From Clostridiaceae bacterium (lineage in GTDB: Bacteria > Bacillota > Clostridia > Oscillospirales > QAMX01), in the NCBI GenBank assembly GCA_034926225.1, contig JAYFRF010000004.1:40499-104498 (forward strand): a DNA stretch of 64,000 nucleotides, in the 5' to 3' direction. The notes under the pieces were generated by a model. It searched no databases. It saw nothing but the letters and a program-made list of their open reading frames with translations, and was not told where the DNA came from. Each line of letters starts with the position of its first letter. Within the stretch, counting starts at the first letter, position 1. This document shows positions 15,852-24,013 of the stretch, piece after piece. A program made the position numbers and the translations under genes.

Positions 15852-17063
15852 ATGATGAAACAGAGTATATTTACACCCGACGTGCACACGACCCGTCCCG
15901 ACACGGTGCTGCCGAGCGCGCCGGTAACCCAATACGCGCGCTTTATCCGTCCTTCTGACGATGCGGACGCGAAGGCACTGGGGGATCTCTGTGCGCAAGA
16001 AGTCAAGGCCAACGTCATCGGCGACTTCGAGAAGTCGGAGGCATACTGTCGGACGCATCCGGGGGAGACCCCTGACCGCATGGTCCATGTCTCGACCTTC
16101 GTCATCCTCGACGGTGTGGTCTACATGACCTACTACGCCAACGCCGAGAACGCCGACGAGGACCCGTCGAAGCATGCGGCTCGGCTTGCATACCGTCCGT
16201 TCGACGACCCGAAGGGGCTGACGGTGCTGGAGCTGCAGAAGGTGGGCGACATGCTCGAAGGGAAGCGGGTAGACCTGCTCTATGACACGATCCTGCTGCA
16301 TAAGGGCGGGAACGAGCTGTACATCCTGTGGACCGCGGCCATCGAGGGCAATTACTACCGGCTTTACTGCGTCTACGACATCGCGGCGAAGACGGTCGGG
16401 CCCATCCGCATCAACCGCTTCCGGGTGGGGGAGGTCACGGGCGACTTCTCGACTACCGGCATGATCTCCGCGCTCGCGGAGAACGGCATTACGCGCAGGA
16501 CGATGTTCTCGGACATCGGCATCATGCAGAAGCTGACCGCGCGCGAGGAAGACGGCGAGACTTATTATTACACCGGCGCCTACTCCGGCAACGACAACTG
16601 CATCATCAAGAGCCGCGATCTGGTGACGTGGGAATATGTCGCGGCGCCGGATTTCGTCAACAACTCGCTGTGGGAGAATGCCGTGTACGTGCTCGGCGAC
16701 CGTTGTTATTACTTCGTCCGCCAACAAGAGTGTACGCAGGGCTTCCTGACGTGCTATGACCTGAAGAAAAAGACATGGGCAACGCCGATACTGATCGCCG
16801 ACTCGCAGTCCCGCTCCGACTTCATCTTCTATCACGGGCAGTTATATCTGATCCACTCGCCCGTGAACCGCGAGGGCTTCGGCATCGTCCGCGTCGATAC
16901 GGAGGACATCGTACACAGTGAGGTCGTCCTTGTCGCGGATATGAAGGAGAGCCTGTTCTACCCCTATACGCTGGTATACGGCGACGACGCGTACATCTCC
17001 TATACTGTTGGACGCCGCCACATCCGGCTGTCACGTTTCGACCTAAAAAAGTACCTGAGATAA
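15852..17063 (+). CDS. Uncharacterised cytoplasmic beta-propeller, sialidase/glycosidase-like
   Basis: Repeated short beta-strand pattern; Asp-box-like SRDLVTWE; WENAV...YYFVR, SQSR and LFYP resemble sialidase-fold Glu/Arg/Tyr positions. No signal peptide. Confidence 0.5.
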   Translation: MMKQSIFTPDVHTTRPDTVLPSAPVTQYARFIRPSDDADAKALGDLCAQEVKANVIGDFEKSEAYCRTHPGETPDRMVHVSTFVILDGVVYMTYYANAENADEDPSKHAARLAYRPFDDPKGLTVLELQKVGDMLEGKRVDLLYDTILLHKGGNELYILWTAAIEGNYYRLYCVYDIAAKTVGPIRINRFRVGEVTGDFSTTGMISALAENGITRRTMFSDIGIMQKLTAREEDGETYYYTGAYSGNDNCIIKSRDLVTWEYVAAPDFVNNSLWENAVYVLGDRCYYFVRQQECTQGFLTCYDLKKKTWATPILIADSQSRSDFIFYHGQLYLIHSPVNREGFGIVRVDTEDIVHSEVVLVADMKESLFYPYTLVYGDDAYISYTVGRRHIRLSRFDLKKYLR

Positions 17064-17067
17064 AGAA

Positions 17068-17108
17068 CAACGGCGAACGTGCGTCATGTTTACGTGCGTT
17101 CGCCGTTG
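17068..17108. terminator. Hairpin between convergent genes
   Basis: Perfect 12-bp inverted repeat CAACGGCGAACG / CGTTCGCCGTTG, extendable by G-U pairs. Confidence 0.55.
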
Positions 17109-17130
17109 CCATAGTTTACGGGGGGTGAGG

Positions 17131-18936
17131 TTACAGCTCGCTCAGGTCCATCCCCCACGTCTCATGCTGACGGAAGGGTGTCTTGCGTGTACCGATACCG
17201 CGCTTCTCCAGACACACTACGCAATCGCGCGTACAGGCGGCGGTGTTGCGGTTGGCCTCGGCGTTCGGGCTGGTCGTATCGGGGAACGCTCCGTTTGGGC
17301 AGTAGCGGCATTTGCGCCGGTCGACCGCTGCCACACGGTACTTGACCCCGCAGACCTCCCGCTCCATAACCTTTTCCCGGTCGATGGCGTCCATCGGGCA
17401 GGATACGGCGCACTGTCCGTCGCAGAGGGTGTCGGCTCCCCCCGCGTCGGGGATGATGAACAGATCGTTCGGCTCGATCTCGAGGTCGGTGGTGATCAGC
17501 CCCAGCGCCTGCCGGACGCCGAACTCCCGGGTGACGAGCTGCCCCGTCAGACCGATCTGCCCGGCGCCGCACGCCACCGCCGCGTACTCGAAGTCCGGGT
17601 ATACGTTCGGCTCAATCTTACCGTCACGGAAGCGGACGCCCTCGGGCCAGCGCTCTCCGGCGAGCGGCGACGACGGGACCGCCACACCGCCCTGATCCTC
17701 CAGCATCCGCGCGAGGGAGTACATGTACCGCGCGTTGATCAGACGTCCGGCGCGCGTCCAGAGGGTGCCCTCCTCCACACCGCGATAGCTGCCGCGCGGA
17801 ATCTCCTGCATACACAGGATCACGGATTTCGCCTCGGGGAAGATCGACAGCGGCGAGAACTGCGGGGTGCAGTCTTGGAAACGTTCCGCCGGCGCGACGG
17901 CTACAAGGTCGATGCCGCAGGCCTTCGCCATCGCCGCAAGCTCCGCTTTCGTGATCTTCGTCTCGCGCTTCGGGACGCCGACCTTCCCGCGCGCCTTCAG
18001 GTCATGGTAGCACGCCTGGATACAGCCGTACGCACCGCAGATGGGTCCGGGACGTCCGCCCTGCTCAAGCTCCTCGAAGCCCGTCGACATCGTCGTCAGG
18101 TACCGTGAGCGCTTGGACACCGCGTGACCGAAGTTGTACGCCTCAAACCACCCCATCGTCTGCTCGTCGATGTTCAGCTTCCAGCCGGGGACGTCCTTCT
18201 TGATGAACGGCGACGCCAGCTCGTTGAGACCCCAGTGCGTTAGCTTGCACTTGCCGAGGTCAACGTCGCCCCACTCGAACACGCGATCTTCGATCTGCAC
18301 GCTGACCTTCTTTGTCTTGCTCAGCGCATGCCCGGGGCAGACGTCGACGCACTTCATGCAGCGCGTACAGATATGTCCTTTATAAAGCGGGTCAGGCTCG
18401 AGCACAGCGTCGGTGATGAAGATCTCAAACCGCTGCCGGGGGCCGAACTGCGGGGTGAGGAAGACCTTCGACCATCCGAGCTCCCCGAGACCTGCCGCCG
18501 CCGCGGACAGGCGCATATGCAGCACGACGTTCGACGGCAGCTTGCCTTCCTTGACAGGCGGACGTGCGTGCGGCGCTTCATGCGGCAGGATCGTATGGCT
18601 GCCGGGCGACGCGACGGCCTCATAACCGTAGCTCTCGACGAGCTGCATGGTCTTGGTCATCGCCTCGCCGAGAGGTCCGTAGATGCCGGTGCCGTAGCCG
18701 TAGATCCAGTAGGTGGACCAGTCGGTGTTGGTCTCGATGCCTTTGTAGGAGCCTTCCAGGATGCGCCCGGCGAGTACGACGACGCTCTTGGCGTTCGGCA
18801 TGATGTTGAGCGGATTGGTCTCGGGCGGCGCGTCACGGAAGCGCTCGATGTTCGCGATGCCGCAAAGGTCCGCGCCGGCTTTCTTCGCGCACTCCTTGAC
18901 CATCGCAGCGGTCAGCGTCTGATTTGTATTCGGCAT
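17131..18936 (-). CDS. Two-module cobalamin/[4Fe-4S] reductive dehalogenase/QueG-superfamily protein (601 aa)
   Basis: Start at ATG 18936 (RBS GAGGTGAGG). Module A: AGADLCGIA, AAAAGLGELGWSKVFLTPQFGPRQRF..FITD, CTRCMKCVDVCP...KC...CGAYGCIQAC. Module B: CGIDLVAVAP, AAVACGAGQIGLTGQLVTREFG, CDGQCAVSCP...CRYCP...CTRDC. Confidence 0.8.
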   Translation of the reverse strand: MPNTNQTLTAAMVKECAKKAGADLCGIANIERFRDAPPETNPLNIMPNAKSVVVLAGRILEGSYKGIETNTDWSTYWIYGYGTGIYGPLGEAMTKTMQLVESYGYEAVASPGSHTILPHEAPHARPPVKEGKLPSNVVLHMRLSAAAAGLGELGWSKVFLTPQFGPRQRFEIFITDAVLEPDPLYKGHICTRCMKCVDVCPGHALSKTKKVSVQIEDRVFEWGDVDLGKCKLTHWGLNELASPFIKKDVPGWKLNIDEQTMGWFEAYNFGHAVSKRSRYLTTMSTGFEELEQGGRPGPICGAYGCIQACYHDLKARGKVGVPKRETKITKAELAAMAKACGIDLVAVAPAERFQDCTPQFSPLSIFPEAKSVILCMQEIPRGSYRGVEEGTLWTRAGRLINARYMYSLARMLEDQGGVAVPSSPLAGERWPEGVRFRDGKIEPNVYPDFEYAAVACGAGQIGLTGQLVTREFGVRQALGLITTDLEIEPNDLFIIPDAGGADTLCDGQCAVSCPMDAIDREKVMEREVCGVKYRVAAVDRRKCRYCPNGAFPDTTSPNAEANRNTAACTRDCVVCLEKRGIGTRKTPFRQHETWGMDLSEL

Positions 18937-18941
18937 AGTCC

Positions 18942-19841
18942 TCACCTCTCCCAATTCTGAAGCGTCCACGGCTCCGACTCACGGAATTTGTTATGGAAAC
19001 GGATCGTCAACAGGTCATTGTCCTCCAGATGCGCGATACAGGATCGCGTGCAGACGGCGGACAGGATGTTCGGGACGTCCTTTCGGGTCAGCGCGGTGGA
19101 GGTTTCGGTGAGCTTCTCCTGATTGCCCGTGAAGCCGGGCATCATCTCCTCCTGGCCGATCTTGAAGTTGACATCGGGCATCGCGCCGTTTGGACAGGTG
19201 GCGCAGAGGCTGTAGTTGACGCGCGCGAGCGTGGTCGGACGTCCGGCGACGTCGACGGTGATGGTCTCGTCGGGGTGGATGGCGTGCATGGGGCAGGCAT
19301 CGGCGCAGGCATGGCAGTTCGCGCGGTCGCAGAGCGTGCCGGTATAGACAGGGTCGGGGGACAGGGGCGCGTCGGTAAGGACGATGCCGAGGGTTACGCG
19401 CGGGCCGTAGGCAGGGGTGAGAAGCTGGCCGCACAGGCCAATCTCGCCTAGGCCCGCTGCGACCGCTGCCCAGTCAAAATTCAACAGCACGTTGGGTACG
19501 ACGCGGCCTTCCATGACGGGGCGGCTGCGTGGCATCGACTTCGCGGGCGTCGCCTCGTACGCGACGGCTTCGTAACCGGTCGACTGCTCGATAAAGCGTG
19601 CGAGGTCCACGAGAAGCCGGTAAGTGACGCGGCGGCCGTTATAACTCCAGAGCGTCCCCTCCTCGATGCCGCGAAAGCCGCCACGGGGCAGCGGCGTCCC
19701 GACGACCAGTACGGATCTGCACGCGGGCTGGATGCTCTGTGGCCGTGCGTTCTCCGGCAGCGTTAGGAAGCGTGCGGGATCGGCGACTCCGCACAGCGTA
19801 AATCCGAGAGACTCCGCGTAGGCGCGGATGGATTCCTTCAT
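18942..19841 (-). CDS. Single-module cobalamin/[4Fe-4S] reductive dehalogenase/QueG-superfamily protein (299 aa)
   Basis: Start at ATG 19841 (RBS GGAGG). LGFTLCGVA, AAVAAGLGEIGLCGQLLTPAYGPRVTLGIVLTDAPL, CDRANCHACADACP...CATCP...CTRSC. Confidence 0.8.
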   Translation of the reverse strand: MKESIRAYAESLGFTLCGVADPARFLTLPENARPQSIQPACRSVLVVGTPLPRGGFRGIEEGTLWSYNGRRVTYRLLVDLARFIEQSTGYEAVAYEATPAKSMPRSRPVMEGRVVPNVLLNFDWAAVAAGLGEIGLCGQLLTPAYGPRVTLGIVLTDAPLSPDPVYTGTLCDRANCHACADACPMHAIHPDETITVDVAGRPTTLARVNYSLCATCPNGAMPDVNFKIGQEEMMPGFTGNQEKLTETSTALTRKDVPNILSAVCTRSCIAHLEDNDLLTIRFHNKFRESEPWTLQNWER

Positions 19842-19875
19842 AAAAACACCTCCATTGGAACCTGATATACGGGTT

Positions 19876-19904
19876 ATTATACAAGTGTACGCGTCGGAAT
19901 ACAA
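19876..19904 (-). promoter_or_regulatory. sigma-A-type promoter for the minus-strand cobalamin-enzyme pair, divergent from araC
   Basis: Minus strand TTGTAT-17 bp-TATAAT. Confidence 0.6.
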
Positions 19905-19950
19905 GGGGCGCGGTACAGCTATACTTTAGAAAACTACAGGTGATGCGCAT

Positions 19951-20781
19951 ATGGAGTTTTTGCCATTCGTCCTGGAAGCGGGACAGTACACACGTCCGGG
20001 AACGCTTTCCCCCTCGGAAGATCGTATGGTGATGGACTATGAGTTCGATTTGTTCACCTCCGGGGACGGTCACATCACGGTGGACGGCGTACCGTACGGG
20101 GTGCCGTACGGTACGCTGATGCTGAGGCGTCCGGGGCAGCGCTGTCACAGCGACGGCGCGTACAGCTGCCATACGCTGACACTCGACTTCAGCGGTCATG
20201 CGAGCGGTGCGGCGACGCGTCATCGGACGGGAGAGCCGGAGCCGCCGGTTACGCACTACGCGCTCAACCTGACACCGCCGGTGCTGAGACCCGAGCCTTA
20301 CGCCGTTTACGAGGAGCTGTTCACGCAGGTACGCTTCTGCTTTCGCACGGGGTATCAGGCGGGATATGACTCATTGTTGTCGGAGTTTCTGCACCGGCTC
20401 GCGGCAGACGCGCGGCGTATGGAGAATCACCGAGCAGGGGAGCGTGAGAACGCCGCCCTGCATCCGAGTGTCCGTGCGCTGATGGAGCGGATGGCGGAGC
20501 ACTATGACGAGCGCATGACGCTTGAGTACATGGGGCAGACGGTAGGGCTGCATCCACATTATCTGCACGGGCTGTTCCGCGCGCAGCTTGGCATGACACC
20601 GGCGGAGTACCTGACGCGCGTGCGGATGATGCGTGCGGCGCGGCTGCTACTGGATACCACCGAACCCGTCGAGCGTATCGCAGAGGTGTGCGGCTATTCC
20701 GGTGCGGCCTATTTCTCCGACGCGTTCCGACGTTTCTACGGCGTTTCTCCGCGCGGTTACCGTAAGCGACTGCGGGCGTAA
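19951..20781 (+). CDS. AraC family transcriptional regulator
   Basis: N-terminal cupin and C-terminal double HTH (GLHPHYLHGLFR...G.TPAEYL...AARLL...IAEVCGYSGAAYFSDAFRR.YG.SP). Confidence 0.9.
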   Translation: MEFLPFVLEAGQYTRPGTLSPSEDRMVMDYEFDLFTSGDGHITVDGVPYGVPYGTLMLRRPGQRCHSDGAYSCHTLTLDFSGHASGAATRHRTGEPEPPVTHYALNLTPPVLRPEPYAVYEELFTQVRFCFRTGYQAGYDSLLSEFLHRLAADARRMENHRAGERENAALHPSVRALMERMAEHYDERMTLEYMGQTVGLHPHYLHGLFRAQLGMTPAEYLTRVRMMRAARLLLDTTEPVERIAEVCGYSGAAYFSDAFRRFYGVSPRGYRKRLRA

Positions 20782-20821
20782 ACAAACAGGACAGAGGGGT
20801 TCCCTCTGTCCTGTTTGTTTA
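20779..20821. terminator. Bidirectional terminator between convergent araC and the alarmone synthetase
   Basis: Perfect 20-bp inverted repeat TAAACAAACAGGACAGAGGG-gtt-CCCTCTGTCCTGTTTGTTTA. Confidence 0.8.
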
Positions 20822-20832
20822 ATGTAGCTCCA

Positions 20833-21585
20833 TCAATCAGCGTTATGCAGCAAGACCGAATTGGCCGCACCACCGCACTCCTTCATTTCCGCTTGCGCGG
20901 ATTCCTTAGCGGCAGAATGAAGTTTTTGATGGATGTCCTGCATCTTGATATCGAGTGCGGCGGCGGCTTCCGCACATTCGCGCAGCTCCTCGCGCAGCTG
21001 TTCGGGCACATTGTCTTCCTTTTTATAGCGCATCTCGTGATCGAGACTTGCCCAGAAGTCCATGGCAATGGTGCGAATCTGGATTTCGACGGGAACCAGC
21101 TCACGGCGTTCGGCGAGGAAGACGGGAACGCTGACGACGAGATGGAGACTGCGATAGCCGTTGGGCTTGGGGTGGGCGATGTAGTTGCGGGTGCGGATGG
21201 GGGTGATGTCGTCCTGGGTGATCAAGAGTTCGGCCATGCGGTAAATGTCGTCGATGTAGTAACAGATGACGCGGATGCCGGCGATGTCCAGGATGTTTTC
21301 GCGCATGGCGTCAAGGGTTGTTGGCAAGTCGCGGCGTTGGAGCTTTTCAAGGATGCTGCGAGGAGTTTTTAAGCGGGTCTCCATGTGATGAATGGGATTG
21401 TGGTCATAGCGTACCTGAAATTCCTCGTCGAGGATTTCAAGCTTGGTCCGCACCTCGAGGATACCCGCGCTGTAGAGCTGACGCAGATTGATGAATTCGC
21501 GGAGGTTTTGAAAAAGCTCGGAATCAGCGTGCTCCATGAAGACAGAATCGTTGGTATTTAAGCCGAATAATTCTCCGTACTGCAA
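20833..21585 (-). CDS. Small alarmone synthetase (RelP/RelQ-like GTP pyrophosphokinase)
   Basis: RLKTPRSILEKL, DIAGIRVIC, NYIAHPKPNGYRSLHL, VEIQIRTIAMDFWASLDHEMRYK. Probable TTG start at 21585 after AAAGGAG (alternative 21606). Confidence 0.88.
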   Translation of the reverse strand: MQYGELFGLNTNDSVFMEHADSELFQNLREFINLRQLYSAGILEVRTKLEILDEEFQVRYDHNPIHHMETRLKTPRSILEKLQRRDLPTTLDAMRENILDIAGIRVICYYIDDIYRMAELLITQDDITPIRTRNYIAHPKPNGYRSLHLVVSVPVFLAERRELVPVEIQIRTIAMDFWASLDHEMRYKKEDNVPEQLREELRECAEAAAALDIKMQDIHQKLHSAAKESAQAEMKECGGAANSVLLHNAD

Positions 21586-21916
21586 GTTAGGCGCTCCTTT
21601 ATTCATTGTCCCGCGCTTGATTAGACACTGCGCAGGTACATCTCGGCAAATCTGGAAATAACATTTTTTACGAGATCAGCAAAAGTGCTGCGGTCGTTTC
21701 GTGGTTTTCCTCAGCTCATATGAAGACTCTATATAAATATTGTACCGCAATAGAACCGGAAAAGCAATAGAGAAATTATTAAACTCTTTGTATTGCACAT
21801 AAATACTCCCGGAACCAACCGATGTCTTTGGTTATTCATACGATTCCCTTTCAGGAAGGAACCATATGCGAGAAAACCCGTCTTAACGGACAGAACTTCA
21901 AAAAGGAGACAAACCA

Positions 21917-22501
21917 ATGAAGAAACTCGCATTCCTCTTCCTAGCCGCAGTCATGGTGATCACCCTTGCCGCATGTACCGGAGGTAACGGGAGCTCGACC
22001 GCCACGACCACAACTGCCGTTACGACTACAACCGCCGCGACAACCACAACCACTGCCGCGACGACAGCCACAACTACTGAGGCTACGACGACACAGGCTG
22101 CAACTACAGCGCCGGAGGAAAACGAAAGCGCCAGCTTAGAGAGTATCATGGAAAGCATCCTCGAAGGTGTCGAAACGCCGAAAGCCGAAACAGTCCCGGT
22201 GGAGGACGACCTGTGGGAGAATTATGTGTTCATCGCAAAGCCTGAAGGCGCCGAAGCGGTTGTTTCCGAATCGCTGATCGGTTCCATCGCGCATTCCGTC
22301 GTTTTAATACGTGTGGCCGATGCCGCTGATGCGGAGAAGGTTGCCGCCGATATCGAAGACAAGGCCAATCCCCGCAAGTGGATCTGTGTGGAAGCCGAGA
22401 AGGTAGTCGTAACCTATCATGACGATGTGATCCTTCTGTGCATGTCCTTTGAGGATACCTGCGACGCGATTGTCGAAAACTTCGACGCTATCTGGAAGTA
22501 A
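21917..22501 (+). CDS. DUF4358-like lipoprotein with a Thr/Ala-rich linker
   Basis: Lipobox LAAC after a hydrophobic signal; about 40 aa of T/A-rich linker; C-terminal domain with IAHSVVLIRV...ANPRKWICVEAE. Confidence 0.7.
   Translation: MKKLAFLFLAAVMVITLAACTGGNGSSTATTTTAVTTTTAATTTTTAATTATTTEATTTQAATTAPEENESASLESIMESILEGVETPKAETVPVEDDLWENYVFIAKPEGAEAVVSESLIGSIAHSVVLIRVADAADAEKVAADIEDKANPRKWICVEAEKVVVTYHDDVILLCMSFEDTCDAIVENFDAIWK
21990..22110 (+). repeat. Low-complexity coding repeat (Thr-rich, imperfect ACN-ACN-ACN-GCN units)
   Basis: Encodes STATTTTAVTTTTAATTTTTAATTATTTEATTTQAATTA. Confidence 0.7.
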
Positions 22502-22519
22502 TACATCACCGCGCTAGGG

Positions 22520-22556
22520 GAAGCCGGAACAGTGTACAGTTGTTCCGGTTTCTTTT
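22520..22556 (+). terminator. Intrinsic terminator between the lipoprotein and MBOAT genes
   Basis: AAGCCGGAACA...TGTTCCGGTTT-CTTTT. Confidence 0.65.
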
Positions 22557-22572
22557 ACTCCGGGAGGGAAAT

Positions 22573-23991
22573 ATGCTGTTCTCCAGTATCAGTTTTTTGT
22601 ATTTCTTTTTACCGATCGTACTGGCCGTGTATTTTATCACACCAAAACAGGCGCGTAACTATGTGCTGCTCATCATGTCGCTCATTTTCTACTTTTTTGG
22701 CGAGCCGGTTTATACGGTATTGCTTATTTTCTCCTCGCTGTTCGACTATTTACACAGTCTATATATCGAAAAAAAACGCGGTACACACGCCGCGAAAATC
22801 GCACTGATTTCCTCGATTGTCATTAACCTGGCGATGCTCGGGTTCTTCAAGTACGCCGATTTCCTGATTACCAGTGTGAACGGCGTGTTCGGACTTACCA
22901 TACCGCTGCTTGGTATCGCACTGCCGATCGGTATCAGCTTCTTTACGTTCCAGACCATGAGTTACACCATCGACGTGTATCGCGGTAAGGTGCATGCCGA
23001 GCGTAATTTCGCGACGCTGGCAACGTTCGTCTGTCTGTTTCCGCAGTTGATCGCGGGGCCGATTGTACGGTACTCCGACATTGCGGCGGAGCTGCGCGCC
23101 GACGACGGCGCCGGCAGAAGCGCCCGGCTTACGGACGTTTCGGATGGACTGAGACGGTTTGTGATGGGACTTGGGAAAAAGGTGCTTATTGCGAACGCAT
23201 GCGGGGAGCTGTGCGGCGTGTTCCGAGCAAGCGATGAAAAAACCGTCTTGTTTTACTGGATTTACGCGGTAGCGTTTACGCTGCAGATCTACTTCGATTT
23301 TTCAGGTTATTCCGATATGGCGATCGGCCTCGGACGCGTTTTCGGGTTCACCTTCCCGGAAAACTTCAACTATCTCTACCTGTCGCGCTCGATCACCGAG
23401 TTTTGGCGGCGTTGGCATATGACGCTGGGCGGATGGTTTCGGGATTATATCTACATCCCGCTCGGCGGCAACCGCGTATCGAAGGGGAAATGGCTGCGCA
23501 ATATCTGTATTGTATGGATGCTGACGGGGTTATGGCATGGCGCTGCGTGGAATTTTGTGCTGTGGGGGCTGTTTTTTGGCCTTATGCTGATGATCGAAAA
23601 GCTGTGGCTCGGGAAGCTGTTGGACAAAGCACCGGAGTTTATGCGTCATATTTATGTGATGGTACTGATCATATTGAGCTTTGTGCTGTTCAACGCCGAT
23701 GGCTTCACCGGTGCGATTGAAGATTTTTCGGGGCTGTTTGCATTCGGAAAGCTGCCGTTTTTTAATATGTTCACACTGTATACCCTTAATAGCTATGCCG
23801 TATTGCTGATCGTCAGCGCAATCGGCGCTATGCCGCTTGCGAAACATGCTTGGATGTGGCTGCGGGAGCGTCCGGCAGGTGCAAAGGTGCTGACAGTGCT
23901 GGAACCGGTGGCACTGGCCGTCGTATTGCTGATAGTTACGGCTTACTTGATCGACGGTTCGTTTAACCCGTTCCTCTATTTCCGCTTTTAA
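22573..23991 (+). CDS. MBOAT family O-acyltransferase (AlgI/PatA/DltB-like)
   Basis: MLFSS..FL..FLP, PIGISFFTFQTMSY, FPQLIAGPIVR, YFDFSGYSDMAIG, FPENF, FWRRWHMTL..WFRDYIYIPLGGNR, catalytic GLWHG. Confidence 0.92.
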   Translation: MLFSSISFLYFFLPIVLAVYFITPKQARNYVLLIMSLIFYFFGEPVYTVLLIFSSLFDYLHSLYIEKKRGTHAAKIALISSIVINLAMLGFFKYADFLITSVNGVFGLTIPLLGIALPIGISFFTFQTMSYTIDVYRGKVHAERNFATLATFVCLFPQLIAGPIVRYSDIAAELRADDGAGRSARLTDVSDGLRRFVMGLGKKVLIANACGELCGVFRASDEKTVLFYWIYAVAFTLQIYFDFSGYSDMAIGLGRVFGFTFPENFNYLYLSRSITEFWRRWHMTLGGWFRDYIYIPLGGNRVSKGKWLRNICIVWMLTGLWHGAAWNFVLWGLFFGLMLMIEKLWLGKLLDKAPEFMRHIYVMVLIILSFVLFNADGFTGAIEDFSGLFAFGKLPFFNMFTLYTLNSYAVLLIVSAIGAMPLAKHAWMWLRERPAGAKVLTVLEPVALAVVLLIVTAYLIDGSFNPFLYFRF

Positions 23992-24013
23992 TTTGTGAAG
24001 GGAGGTTTACATT

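Noticed and set aside
12075-19841. Calling the three Fe-S proteins queG or respiratory rdhA
   Set aside because: No QueG DYH segment, no queuosine or tRNA gene context, no Tat RRxFxK leader and no small rdhB membrane-anchor ORF, so gene symbols were left empty.
14790-20781. galM-to-araC segment as a high-GC genomic island
   Set aside because: GC looks only slightly above the housekeeping genes (mfd, lysS); no integrase, tRNA site or flanking direct repeats are visible.
20833-21585. Toxic alarmone synthetase (toxSAS) toxin-antitoxin module
   Set aside because: Motifs are those of ordinary RelP/RelQ-type enzymes and there is no adjacent small antitoxin-like ORF in an operon.
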